A stretch of 64,000 nucleotides of DNA from Balanoglossus misakiensis (taxonomy: Eukaryota; Animalia; Hemichordata): positions 5,376,831 through 5,440,830 of the forward strand of contig CM082578.2 in the NCBI GenBank assembly GCA_040954595.2. The letters are read 5' to 3'. The position numbers and the translations under genes were made by a program. The notes beneath the pieces are model-generated. The model had not been told where the DNA came from. It searched no databases and saw only the letters and a program-made list of their open reading frames with translations. This document shows positions 52,801-64,000 of the stretch, one piece after another; the first letter of the stretch is position 1; each line of letters begins with the position of its first letter.

Positions 52801-55800
52801 AGAGCGAGAGACAGAACATAACCTGCAACATCCCAATCTACAACAAAGTGAGCCACGACTTAGCCAGGGTCCACTATTATTCATTTCATTACCTCTTCAC
52901 ATCTCCTGTCTAATTCTTCCAAGATGTTCCGTGGTCTTGGTTTTTTCTTCAGTTCTTCCTCTTCTTCCAAAATCTCTTTCTTCTCAAGTTCATCAACTTC
53001 TTCTTCTGTCATACCTGAGGAACACACATAAAACGACAATTTGAATGTCTGGCTCTAACAACTGTTCATGCTGTTTCCAGAACCTTGATAATGACTGATG
53101 CACTATGTATTACAATGTTTTTCTGAAATCATGTGGTTGACATGGATGACTCAACCCAGTTCCAGCAACCATTTTAACTACATATATGGCTGGTCATAAT
53201 CTTGTGATAAATGCTATTATAAGGACATGAAATTGTATTTCTTTAAAACAAGCCTTATGACCCGTGTTTAACCTTTTTAATACTACAGATCTTTTTTAAT
53301 TGAGTGACTCACTGAAAGATTTATCGGCAGGAAATAACTGACTGTAACATATGCCTTGAAGTAAATACAAAATTACAATGGAAGCTAGCTACATGTGTAT
53401 ATCACATTTGCATTTTATGAAATGAGTGGATGATATCTTAAGCTTGGACTTTAGACCATAATATTGTAAAATTACAACAAGACTTCAACTAACCTTCAGC
53501 AAGTCTTTGTTTCCTTCTTTCCAATCTCTCTTTCAATTTCTGTTCATATTCTGCTCTGTTTTCTCCCATCAGACTTTCTAATGCACTCTGAGTTTTGATG
53601 ACATCGCCTAGCAACTGGGCAGCTTCGTCATTTCTGCCTTCTCTGCGGAGTCGTCTCTCTTCCATTTTCAACTGGAAGATCTTGGCCTGTCTTTCCTTCT
53701 CTGTGAGACTGTTCCACTCAGCTTCGCTCATCTACAAAACACACATTTAGAAATTAAAAAAAAAATGTGAATAATCACAATAACTTCTAAATGAAAAAAA
53801 GTAGACATTTGTGAGTAATCCCGATAGATTCTTGGTTAGGTTTGTCTCATAATGATGAAATATTCGGAAAAGAAATATCGCTTTCATGTGAAGCCATTCA
53901 GAAAGCATAATCTCATTGTTGCATTCATGTGCCTGTTGTGCACTTGCTGAGAAATGGAATAGCCAATCAGAAGAGGCCTAGGAAGGCGGATTTACATCAG
54001 CTTGTAATATCTTGTATATCAGAAAAGCTTTATCACTTTTTTCACCATCATGATATCTAAGTCTAGCTAATGTTCACATAATTGCTGATATTATTCAAGA
54101 ACTCATCTTATTTTATTCATGAAAATCAGTATTTGTCTGCTGTCTACAAGTTTTACATGGTCACAGTCATACATTTTGACATAAAGTGTTATAAAGTTAT
54201 AACTTTGAAGTGACAGTTTAGAAGAAAAAGGTGTTGATTCATACCTGCATCATCAATGCTTCGGCGATCAATTTATCTTTCAAAGCATCATATTTTCCTT
54301 CAATTGCTTCCACCAGTTCATTCTTGCCAGTTATCTTGGTAGATTCTCTTCTTAGTAAGACAGCCGCAATATTCTCATTTCTCTCCTCTTTTCTTTCTTT
54401 GATTTGTTGTTCTTGGGATGTGACCAGCTCTTCAATGTCCTGTTGGAGACAAAACAAACAATAAGTAAATAGGTAATACAAAAATAAATAAATGAAAGCT
54501 TTTTAAATCTAATACATGTATGTATCAGAAAAACATGGGAAGAAAGAAAATGACCGACTCACTGCAAGAAATTGAGTCAAAGGTCATTATATGGCATACA
54601 TATTGTGCTGTCTACTTAGTCAAACATTAATGAAATGTCCCATTATACAAGAGATGTGGGACCATGATATATACTGTCGAACATAAAGCCCTTCATGCTG
54701 TCATGTATCAATAGATACATCACACTATAACATGCAAAACAAAATGTAACACCAATCGGAAGAAAACTTCTGAATGATGTCATATGGCATCTCAGGTCAG
54801 TTTGCAAAGGGTTAAAGAACTGAACAGAACACTACAACATTCAACAACTGTGATGCTACTTGGCAGAATACTGCACAACACCACAATCCACCCTACAAGA
54901 GTGGATTGGAATAGAACAAGACAAACCAACAAACACAGCATAACACAACACAACACAACACAACACAACACAACACAACACAACACAACACAATACCATA
55001 ATGGAATACTAAACATCCAAAGCCCATGGGACACAGCACTACATGATACAACTGTACAAGAACACTACCTATAGAGACATAACAACACAAAAACCAACAG
55101 CACCTTATCTGATAATTGTTCAATTAGTTCTTCACTTTCTTTGTCCTGTTCTTCTTGCAGATCAGCCATGATACTAACAATAACATCATCTTTGCTCACG
55201 CTTTTCTCATCAGCCTCTCTTTCTAGCTTCCGTTGTCGACTGACAAGTTTCAGAAATGCACCATGCTGTAAAATTCTTCTTCTGCCATCTGCATCAGCTG
55301 AAATTCAACAGAAAGTGACGGCAACATGACAGAATTGGAAAGCACTTCAAGGAATGGGTTCAAATCTTTTGTAAAACTACATTTTGCAAAGTCTACAAAT
55401 GCGTCTTTTGTCTTAAATGCGAGCCAAAAAATTTTGTTAGTCTATTTGGATGACATCAAATTCAGCCATGAATATCTAAATATTTGGATGAATCTCAAAA
55501 TAGTTGCCTTACACTGCATTAATTCCAACCCTGTGAAAATTCAATTAAATGTAAAATACACTCTAATACCTGTATCAATATATTCATTGCAAATAATGTA
55601 TCAAATACATTCTAATACATGAAAGTCAGAAAACAAAATGGTTACCACCTGGTTTGCTTTTAAGTTCTTTACTTTCAATTCTAGTGACTTACATAAATTA
55701 AGTTTTTGTTTCTCTGATGCCAATTCTTCTCGTTTTTCTTCAATTTGTTCTTCTGTCATTACTGATGCAATGTCACGCAATTCCTGGTGACCTTCATCTT

Positions 55801-58800
55801 GCAGCAGTTCCAGAAGGGTTTCTCTTTCCTTGGCATGTTTATTTTCAAGTGCTTGCAAGACTGCATCCTGTAAAATCATGTCATTTGGGAAATTTTAGTG
55901 GTACCATAACAATACAATACCAAACAATACCAAACAATACCAAACAATACCAAACAATACAATACAATACAATACAATACAATACAATACAATACAATAC
56001 AATACAATACAATACAATACAATACAATACAATACATGAAAATACATGAAAATACCAGGCTTCAGTCAGGCCCACTCATAAATGACTGAGATGCTTGCTA
56101 TATTATTTTGGCTATCCTTCAAAGATTTTTTCATGCAAAATATCTGCAACATGGAAACAATCAAAGTCTGCCAACAATGATGAAAAATTCTTATATTACA
56201 CCGATAACTGACCTGCATCTCGGCTCTGTTACCATTGTTGACAATTTCATCTGTTGGTTCTTGGTCCCTTTCTCCACTGGCACGTTTCTTACGGAGTGCT
56301 TCAAGACGTTTCTTGGCAAGCTCTTCCTGTCTAGCTCTATCATTCTTCAATCTATGTCAATTCACATCATAAATTTCAAATCATATATCATTTCATATCA
56401 TATCATATCATGGCATGGCATATCATATCTTCTTTTGTATGAAACTGTACATGTACTTATTTTTTAGGTTTGAAATCACTTAGGTGTCATCACTTCTGAT
56501 GATAATGTTATTTGCCTAGTAATCTAAAATTTCAGCTCAATTTGCCATTAGCCAATTTGTAAATCCAATATAACATAAACTATTAGCTACTGAAACTGAG
56601 TAAAAACTACAGCTGCTATGGTAATTGTCATGTTGCATTTGAAATGCATGCAGTAGGTCCCTATGGTAGAAAGGCAGTATATGGAGTACAGAGTACTGTA
56701 AAACACTTTTTTCTCAACAACCAAACACTGACCTCTCTGCAGCTGCCGCTTGGTGGCGCTCTGCAAGTCCTAACACAAGAGCGGCACTTTCAAAATTGTC
56801 TTCTCTCTCAGCCTTCCGTCGTTCTCTCTTCAATCTTGCCAACTCTTGTTGTCTCTCTTTCTCGCTCATTAACGCCTGTTCGCTGTCTCTCAATTTTGCC
56901 ATCAGCGCATCTCTTTCCTCTTCGTATCTCCTCTCAAGATCCACCAAGGGATTCTGTGAAGACTCCTCAGCTTCATCATCTTCAGGTATCCCGTCTTCTT
57001 CATCAGATTCATATCCTACACAGAAAAAAACATAAGTACAGCTGTCAAATATCTTTATCTCAGTGCTGGGTATGCTATTAGAACTGTCGAGTTCTCTTTC
57101 TGAGAAAGAAGAGCACAATAAAAACAAAACACTTTATCTAAAATTTAAAACAGTCTAGGTCTGTTTTGTAACTCTTCCAATAACACTGAAAACATCTTCA
57201 TAAATTCAGTTTGAGAAAATATGTGGCCCCACAGGAAAGTGATATATACACAAAGGTTTCAGAATATCTATGCTAAAATTTGGTATACTGAATTACCCAA
57301 CCTCTGACTATGTGAGTGTTGTATGACTGAGAATGACATCCATTGTCATTGCCCAAGCATTTCAGCAGTGGTGATGAGAGAATCGCAAAGTCATATAAAG
57401 TCATCATTTTTAGGCCGTCTTTATTTTCCTTCCATTCATGATTTAAACATACCATGAATACGTCTCATGACATCCACTGGAAACAGCAACTTTTACATAC
57501 CATCCTGTCCTCTTTGTTTTCTCTTCGCAAGACGGTCTTTTAACTTCTGTTCATATCTCGCTCTGTTTTCACCCATGAGTGACTTCAAATTTGCATCAAT
57601 CTTGAAGTTCTCACCCAACAGTCGGCTCAGCTCATCGTATTTACCTACAAATGAAAATAAATATTGATTGTTTGAATATGTTGGCCAAGTCTTCTCCCCA
57701 GAGCTGCATTTAATGGTAGTCCTTCAAACTATACACTGATTTTCTTGTAAGGAGCTCATTATGAAAACACATTCTGAATACAATATGGAAGTATGAGGCC
57801 TGGGTGGGGTGGGTTGGTGGGGTAGACATGGACATGGAGATGGGGTGGGGTTGAGTTGTCTCCTTCCAGGGAGGCTATTAAACAGTTCCACATTCAACCT
57901 GCAATATAATTATAATGTCCTCATTTTTCTTCTATATCTTGTGAGTGCACCACAGCCAATCACAAGAAGGGGTGCCACTGACGTTTAACTATTGACTCTA
58001 CCCACATGAAGCACACAACATTTGTCAAATTTCATTCTGGAGCGAAAGTCAAATCTCCTTGCATAACAGACAAAGTTACACCTGGCCACATACATGGTGG
58101 TGGCAAGCCAATCCTGACCCCTTTCACTCCATATCGTCACTAATGGAACCAACCAAACCACAGAAATTTCACCAAAAACATGTACGGGTGGTGGCAGGGA
58201 CAAGATCCTCCTACCTTCTCTTTTCAATCTTGCAGCTTCCAATTTCATTTTCATCAGTCTTCGCTGTCGTTCCTCTTCACTCAGTCTCTGCCATTCAGCA
58301 TCACTCATTTGTTTCTTCAATGCCTCCAATAACAGTTGGTCTCTCAATGCATCATACTTGCTATCAAGAGCCTGCCCATAACACAGTGACACAATTCTTT
58401 AACAATGTCTGACTTTCAGTAATAAATATTGAGCACAAGCTTTGACATAACAGTACCTGGTACATTATATTACATATACATGTAGCTGTATATTTCTGAT
58501 TCAGAATTTCTCATTCAGATTTTCAGGTTTGTTGTACTACAAAGTTGCAGAACAGAACAGCTGGCATAGCTGTAAAAATCACAAATCACTTTAAACAATG
58601 ACACCATGCCAATGAAGTCACATATTAGAATTTAGATACCAGGTATCACCTGAAATCCAGGTACATGTATTATCCTGAGATACTGTCCCCAAGAATGTAG
58701 ACATACCAAATGAACTATAAAATTTAATATTAAATCCAACAAGTTCACAAATTATACCAGAAATCTGATGTTTATCATGTTACCCTCCAAAATGGGTCTA

Positions 58801-61800
58801 TACTGATTGAAGGATTTCAGATGCCGCCTTTCAAAGTTCATATATTAACTTAAGACGTTTATTAATTACCTGAAGAAGTTCATCTTCTCCGCCAGCACCT
58901 TCATATCTTGTGAAGACTTCCAAGACATTGTCACACCACTGTGACTTTCTCAATGTAATATATTTGTGTCTCAGTGCCGACAACTCATCCTCACCCTGGT
59001 GAAAATATACACAGAATTGACAATTTGGAGTTATCACATGGCTGAAGTGGGAGCATCAAATGCTGTATTATAATATACATGAACATGTTTACACTACCAA
59101 CTTGATCTCCTGGTCTACTGAATGTGGCAGACCAAGAATGAAGTAAGCCACCTGGCTTGATGCATGACACAGAAGCTTGTTTACTTAGCGGTTGGCCTGG
59201 TTGTTACCAGAATGTTTGTGAAACATACTGCACCCCAGGAAGCCAGCCAGAGTCCAAACACAAAACATGAGGGTTGGGATGGGTTTCACACCATGTCATT
59301 TACCTGTACATGTAGCTAGTAAATAGCCATCCTAGTCTAGTTGTGGCTTGCCCTTCAGATGCATGCTGAGGGCCCACCATACACAAATAATTTAGCAAGC
59401 CCAGTAGCCAAGGGCTTGTTGGGCCTGGACAGTCTGAGCCCCTTGGTACACACAACAAGCCACTGAAGAAGCCATATGCAGAAGATACAGTCTGACTTGT
59501 ACCTGGTGGCCATGAATGTTTACATATTTACATAGAACATGTATGCTGTCAATAAATGTTGAATATTTCCATTTACCTTGTCCACAAGGGCTGCAAAGAC
59601 TGTTTCTCCTTCTCTGTCCTGTTCATCCTGTAATTCTGCCAATAATGAGATGACAATTTCATCATGGTTGGCACTTTTACCCTGCGACGTCTCCTCCAAT
59701 ACAAGTCTTCGGACGATGCTTTTGATGGCGCCGCACTCCTCCAGAATGTCTAGGTTCAACTCCTGGTCATCTGTCCGTGCAAAAGTAAGCATATTGAAAT
59801 TGCAATTTATTTGTTGTGATTTAAAATGCCTTCTGAAAATCATGACACAGCAAACCATTTTTGGACAGGTTGAAAGCAAAGGGCCTATTGTTCATTGATG
59901 GAAGTCTTTAATTTCAATATCATAAAATCTCTAACTCACATTTTCTGCCTTCACCTTCCCTAAACTCAAAAATTAATTCACTTTCCAAATTTCATATTTT
60001 CTTCATAATTTTTTTTATCAGTATTTATTCTAGTAATCTATCTGTCAGCTTTAAACAATCTGATTATTTTCAGGCAGTGAGAACAGTGAAACAGCATAAC
60101 CACAAATTTACCTTTACTATCCATGTCCAACGCATCTCTTTTACGTTTCAACTCTGCCAGACGTTTCTGTCTATCGTCCGGTGGCATCATGTTTGCAGCT
60201 TCTCTCAGGTCTCCGCTGCCCTCATCAGTCAAAATACTCATCAACAGATTACGCTCTATTTTGTGATAATCGTCCACTTCCTTCATGGCCGACTCCTTCC
60301 ACGCATCAGTGTTCCCTGTTGAGATTCAAAACAGTGTAATGCTTGGTATTGCTCAGGTCAAGCTGACAAAGAAAGAATCATGGCACCAATAGCTCAATAC
60401 ACAAATGAAAATCAGAATAGAAAAATATAAATCTTTCTATGTGTACTTCAAATTTAGTTTCTTTAAGACAAACCTTCAATGAAATTGTAGAAGGATTACA
60501 ATAATAAGTGTGTGTTACTTTAGCATAAGGGAAAAGATATACAGGTTATTTACCAGAACCAAACGATCTCATGTTTAACAAATCAAGAATCTATGTACAA
60601 GTATCGTAGATTTTTGCTGTTGGATGTGGTAAACAGAAAACTCGACCACTGACCTTTTGGTGGGAGTGTTTGATCATCATAGACTGGTTCATCAAATAAT
60701 CCTTGCTTCTTTCTGTGCTGACGGCTGTTGTGTCGGATGGCGGCCAGTCTCTTCTGTCGGTTTCTATCCTTCCTGATTCTAGGGGTTGAACAAATGTGAC
60801 GAATAGTTTGGTCAGAAAATTGGTTCTAGTATAAACAATTTGACTGTGATGTGTTTCTGACACACAAGCAGTGGTCTCAGATGTTTTTGCATCAACCATG
60901 AATTGTTGCAATCGTTATCCTCTGATAGTTAAATTACATCCATGTCTTGACTGCATAGATTCAACACTGGTCCAAAAGAGTCACCCCCAACAATTACAAT
61001 GTATTTTTAATAATATTGTGGTATATGCCGTAATTACATTTTGCCTAAACTTGATTTGCCTATACTTGTGAAATAAATTAAACAACTCAGTTGCATTCAA
61101 TTACTTACACAATAGTCTTTATAAATGTTCTATATTATTCAAAAAGAAATATTCCAATCATTTTCATTCTTATTAAAACACACACACACACACACATGCA
61201 TGCACACACATTTTCAGAAATTCTTCCTTACCTCATTTGAATGCCAATGGGGCCTCTTTCAGCTATACCAACCATCAAAGCAGTGCCAACAAATATCTCT
61301 TCCGAGTCTGCTCTCATTTTCTCTCTGCAAAGTCTCCCTAACAACTGCCCTCTATCTTGTTCACTAAGAACTGTCCTGCCTTCTCCTCTGAGCATGCTCA
61401 TTAGAGTCTCCATGTCTTCATCATATCTGACTTGTAAGTCACCAAGCAAGTTGCCCGTCTTTCTCACTGGAGGAGGTTCTTCAACTTCTGTCATTTGAAG
61501 AAAAAAACATTTTAGGTTAAAACATGTTGCAAACATGTTTAATTTGGATTAAGTCTGTGGACATTTAAAATGTCTTCCGGAAAAATGTTTACAGTACATC
61601 ACATCTTAACTACAGGGGTCACATCTTTTACATAAATGATGTTGAATTAGCTTGGATTTTCAATATAATTATATTTTTGCAAGTTTGCTGATAAAGAATT
61701 TTGTGAAAAGAAATAAAATTATATAGTGTTACTTCTTTATAGCATACAGATTGACTAGTTTCCAAACATCATGTTTGTTTGAGTTCTAAGTGGGACTTCC

Positions 61801-64000
61801 TTGATTATTTGGTAAAATTTAATTCCTGCTTTATTTCCAAAATACATTATACTCCCTTGAAATAAAAAAAAATGTTTTTATTTGAAAGTAATCGTCACTT
61901 TAGGCTTTACTTGGTGTCTCACAATCACACCACTACCACCCAATATGTTGACAGAATAATTGATTTATCTTTGAAAAGATTGCTTGCATACCATTGCCAG
62001 AGGCAATATCTGCATCCTGACTTTGTCTGACTTGTTTCTCTTGGAACTTCTTGTCATATTCATGTCGAATTCTTCCCATCAGATCTTCCAGATCATAGGA
62101 CAGCTGTCAGTGTGCAAATAAACAAAAGCAGGTTAAAATTTCTACTTCCACCACTTGTGCACAAATGTCACTGCAATCACTACGACCCTGGTGCAACAAG
62201 TCTTTCTCCACAAGAGGTAGAAACTTGGCATTGTACTTTTCCCCATAGAATACTGCATGTAACATTTTATGCTATTTTATTATTTCATTACTTGATTTTG
62301 TTATTGTATAAAACAAACTCAAATAGCACAAATCTCATGAAATTTTATTGAATTGAAATAATCAGGCCAAGGGTATCATAGGATTGTTTAAAACTCAAGT
62401 AGAAATGTCAAAGAGTTAATGAAAATTAAGTGAACCAGCACTTGTAACCTCTCACACACTATTTACATGTAGGGCCTAATTGTATCTATTCAATAAACTC
62501 TGAAGAGAGTTAACTATTACATGAAAAGCTTGAGGCACAAAAACATACTGATGGTTTGAAATCTGGTGGATGATGTCTTACCTTAGCGAAATCACCAAGA
62601 AGTTTTGCCAATTCATCCACTTTGCCTTCCTGTCTCAAACGACGCTCTTCCAGTTTCTTCTTTTCCAGCATTTTCTCTCTCTCATAATGGGACATGTTTT
62701 TCCACACAACTTCACCATGCTGTCTCATCAGTGTATCTGTCAGCAGTTTGTCTCTGTGGCGAAAAGGAAGAAAAGCACAAAGTGTCATATAAAAGAAAAA
62801 ACTTTTTCTTCTGCTGGATTAAAGTTACTACCATTGAACATTCATAGAGGTGTGCATGTGTGTGGGTGTTTTCATTTTTTCCAATGTGATGATTTTGGTG
62901 TGGTTTTTATGGAGCGGACCGGGTAATGCATGTCTTCACCTAAGCCACTTTATGCATACAATGTACATGTAATGTGGGCCCACATGGAGATGCCATTTAT
63001 ATAGGCAACTGTGGCCTTTAAGGATACCCTTGCAAGTTGCTCTGTGGTTGATATGCATGTACGGTATTAACAATAGAATGTATGTTTCAACTGGATTGAT
63101 TTTTACTCCTATGGCTAAAGACATAAAAAAGGTTTACTGGTGGCTGTATACATATGGCCTCAGTCTCAACGCACTTGGTTACATCATTGTCAAGAATGTG
63201 GTGGCACTGCTCTGTGTAAAAACAAAGCTTGCAAGGTATTTTTTACCCACAATGGAGCTCAATTAAGTATTATCTTACCTCATCTTATCTTAAGATATAC
63301 GATCAAGTACCCCCACAGAAAGTTTTAAAATACTCATCCTCAGACCCTTTCATTTGTTACTTCAGCCAGTAATTTTATTTGGGGGTTTGCAAACAATTAT
63401 TCACTGATGTTAACTTACCTGATGACGTTGTATTTATTCTCCAAGGCTTGTATCAAGTGTTGTTCATCTTGGGTCAGTTCAAACGTTCCCAAGACAACAG
63501 CTGAGAGGCTATCCAGCCATTCTTCAGCAAATCCTTGCTCTTCGAATTTCTTCATTTCTGCCAACTCTCTCAGCGTCTGTAATGACACAACAGGTTCTCA
63601 ACAGGTTGTTGACAGACATGGTTTCATAATTACATGTACCAGTACATAATCATTCCTCTGCATTCGTCATTTCTGTCCTGTAGCTAGGAGTCACTTTCAC
63701 ATAATTCCTTATTCACTGACACCCAGAAATTTTGCACAACATGGTGTCTTCCGAGTCTGTCCGAGACTCAAACCCACAAACCCCCTGATTGTGAGTCAGG
63801 TCACAATGCCTTTTCAGTTCAAGATGAAAATGCAAATCACCCACCATGTAATAATTGTCCAATACCCAACTCTATTTGGCATACAATCACTGTATTGGTC
63901 TCCTCACCTTATTTTGCATGTTTGAGATAAGAAGGTTCATCTCTCTGTCTTGTTTCTGTTGCAAATCTGCCAGTACATTGGTTGACACCATGATCTCCAC
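28842..64000 (-). CDS. Very large E/K/R/Q-rich helical (coiled-coil-like) repeat protein, 3' portion only (38 exons, ~2200 aa visible); family not recognised
   Basis: Hand-spliced GT-AG exons, all phase-compatible and stop-free: 63908->64000, 63419-63576, 62582-62753, 61992-62103, 61232-61487, 60654-60778, 60112-60315, 59577-59770, 58870-58995, 58215-58371, 57501-57644, 56733-57015, 56213-56351, 55693-55867, 55104-55297, 54245-54439, 53494-53731, 52893-53014, 52191-52363, 51505-51718, 50895-51047, 50163-50324, 49290-49466, 48581-48743, 48150-48337, 47456-47676, 42760-42938, 40771-40910, 40036-40228, 39457-39599, 38894-39110, 35584-35666, 35004-35189, 34035-34229, 33582-33728, 33270-33374, 32438-32671, 28842-29081 (stop TAA). 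The start lies beyond the window. Confidence 0.85.
31952..32300. mobile_element. Kolobok/T2-type palindromic MITE, copy 3 (damaged left end, inverted orientation)
   Basis: Same family; right end GACTTTGTCCCT-TTAA is intact, and the central spacer is reverse-complemented relative to copy 1. Confidence 0.85.
32816..33152. mobile_element. Kolobok/T2-type palindromic MITE, copy 4
   Basis: TTAA-AGGGACAAAGTCTCTCTCTCGCTGCC...GGGCAGCGAGGGAGAGAGAGACTTTTTCCCT-TTAA. Confidence 0.88.
36306..36311 (-). CDS. Candidate 6-nt microexon
   Basis: TTGCATGTCTGTCTCTACTCTGGATAAAACAG|AAGTCA|GTAAGT; frame-preserving. Confidence 0.5.
37443..37448 (-). CDS. Candidate 6-nt microexon
   Basis: GGATTTCAG|CAAAGA|GTAAGT with a long upstream U/C-rich tract; frame-preserving. 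Confidence 0.5.
38129..38152 (-). CDS. Candidate 24-nt microexon of the large repeat-protein gene
   Basis: TTCCTTCTTCCAG|AAGACCGTGCAACAGTGGCTCCCC|GTAAGT; phase 1-1, encodes (E)DRATVAP. Confidence 0.65.
39668..39876. mobile_element. TA-flanked MITE (Tc1/mariner-type), 209 bp, intronic
   Basis: TA-CTGTAAAACATGTTATTTTCGCG...CGCGAAAATAACATGTGTTACAG-TA; 23 bp TIR with one mismatch, and internal TTTTCGCG/TTTTCACG subrepeats. Confidence 0.85.
42448..42623. mobile_element. MITE-like element with TAG...CTA termini, 176 bp, intronic
   Basis: 15 bp perfect TIR TAGACTCTCTCACAG / CTGTGAGAGAGTCTA, GC-richer than its flanks. No clear TSD, so the superfamily is uncertain. Confidence 0.65.
46848..46879. repeat. 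32 bp perfect palindrome
   Basis: AAATGAATTCATGTCC|GGACATGAATTCATTT. Confidence 0.9.
48963..49125. mobile_element. Tc1/mariner (pogo-like) MITE; degenerate sibling at ~49800-49935
   Basis: TA-CAGTAAAACCT...AGGTTTTACTG-TA. Internal TTCTTTAAA.ATGTG.TTCTATGTCAAAGG.ACAGG and GTATAGACAGGTTT recur at ~49870-49930. Confidence 0.75.
50626..50712. mobile_element. piggyBac-type miniature element, 87 bp, TTAA TSD
   Basis: TTAA-CCCTTTCAC...GTGAAAGGG-TTAA. Confidence 0.75.
51301..51467. mobile_element. Degenerate MITE related to 20223-20385
   Basis: Shared internal blocks TGGCCAGTCAAGGGACTTTCC, TATAGACAGGT, AATTGCACAGGGA, TGGCCACTA. Confidence 0.55.
52620..52672. repeat. Imperfect (TG)n microsatellite
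   Basis: Direct reading. Confidence 0.8.
54943..54993. repeat. (CAACA)n pentanucleotide microsatellite
   Basis: Direct reading. Confidence 0.9.
55908..56035. repeat. (CAATA)n pentanucleotide microsatellite with CAAACAATAC variants
   Basis: Direct reading. Confidence 0.92.

Noticed and set aside
1-64000. Frequent TACATGTA/ACATGT palindromic words
   Set aside because: Scattered through introns and intergenic DNA with no positional pattern; most likely a genome-wide compositional feature.
28842-64000. Naming the large gene as trichohyalin, EVC2/limbin or a myosin-tail protein
   Set aside because: Only compositional resemblance; no diagnostic domain is visible in the window.

Overview
Eukaryotic (animal) genomic DNA, AT-rich and spliced. 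The gene and repeat content suggests a marine invertebrate, but the species cannot be determined from this window. All gene models were spliced by hand. (1) 1-14 kb: an ~8 kb tandem duplication carrying two 3-exon NOD-like receptor genes on the minus strand (DED-NACHT-LRR, ~1046 and ~1048 aa). Exon 2, which encodes most of the DED, differs between copies only by amino-acid-changing substitutions, while a ~565 bp LRR tract is identical. (2) 15.8-24.2 kb: two 2-exon paralogues of the ciliary/sperm microtubule inner protein family SPMIP1 (ATP6V1FNB) on the plus strand, with many RFX X-box-like motifs; one uses a GC-AG intron. (3) 28.8 kb to beyond 64 kb: the 3' part (38 exons, ~2200 aa visible) of a very large, highly charged helical protein on the minus strand, built from at least four ~410-470 aa tandem repeats. 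One intron holds three candidate frame-preserving microexons (24, 6 and 6 nt) that together spell an NLS-like PPKKVKRARR motif. Non-autonomous DNA transposons (PIF/Harbinger, Kolobok, hAT, piggyBac, Tc1/mariner types) and microsatellites are scattered throughout. No rRNA, tRNA or CRISPR features were seen.
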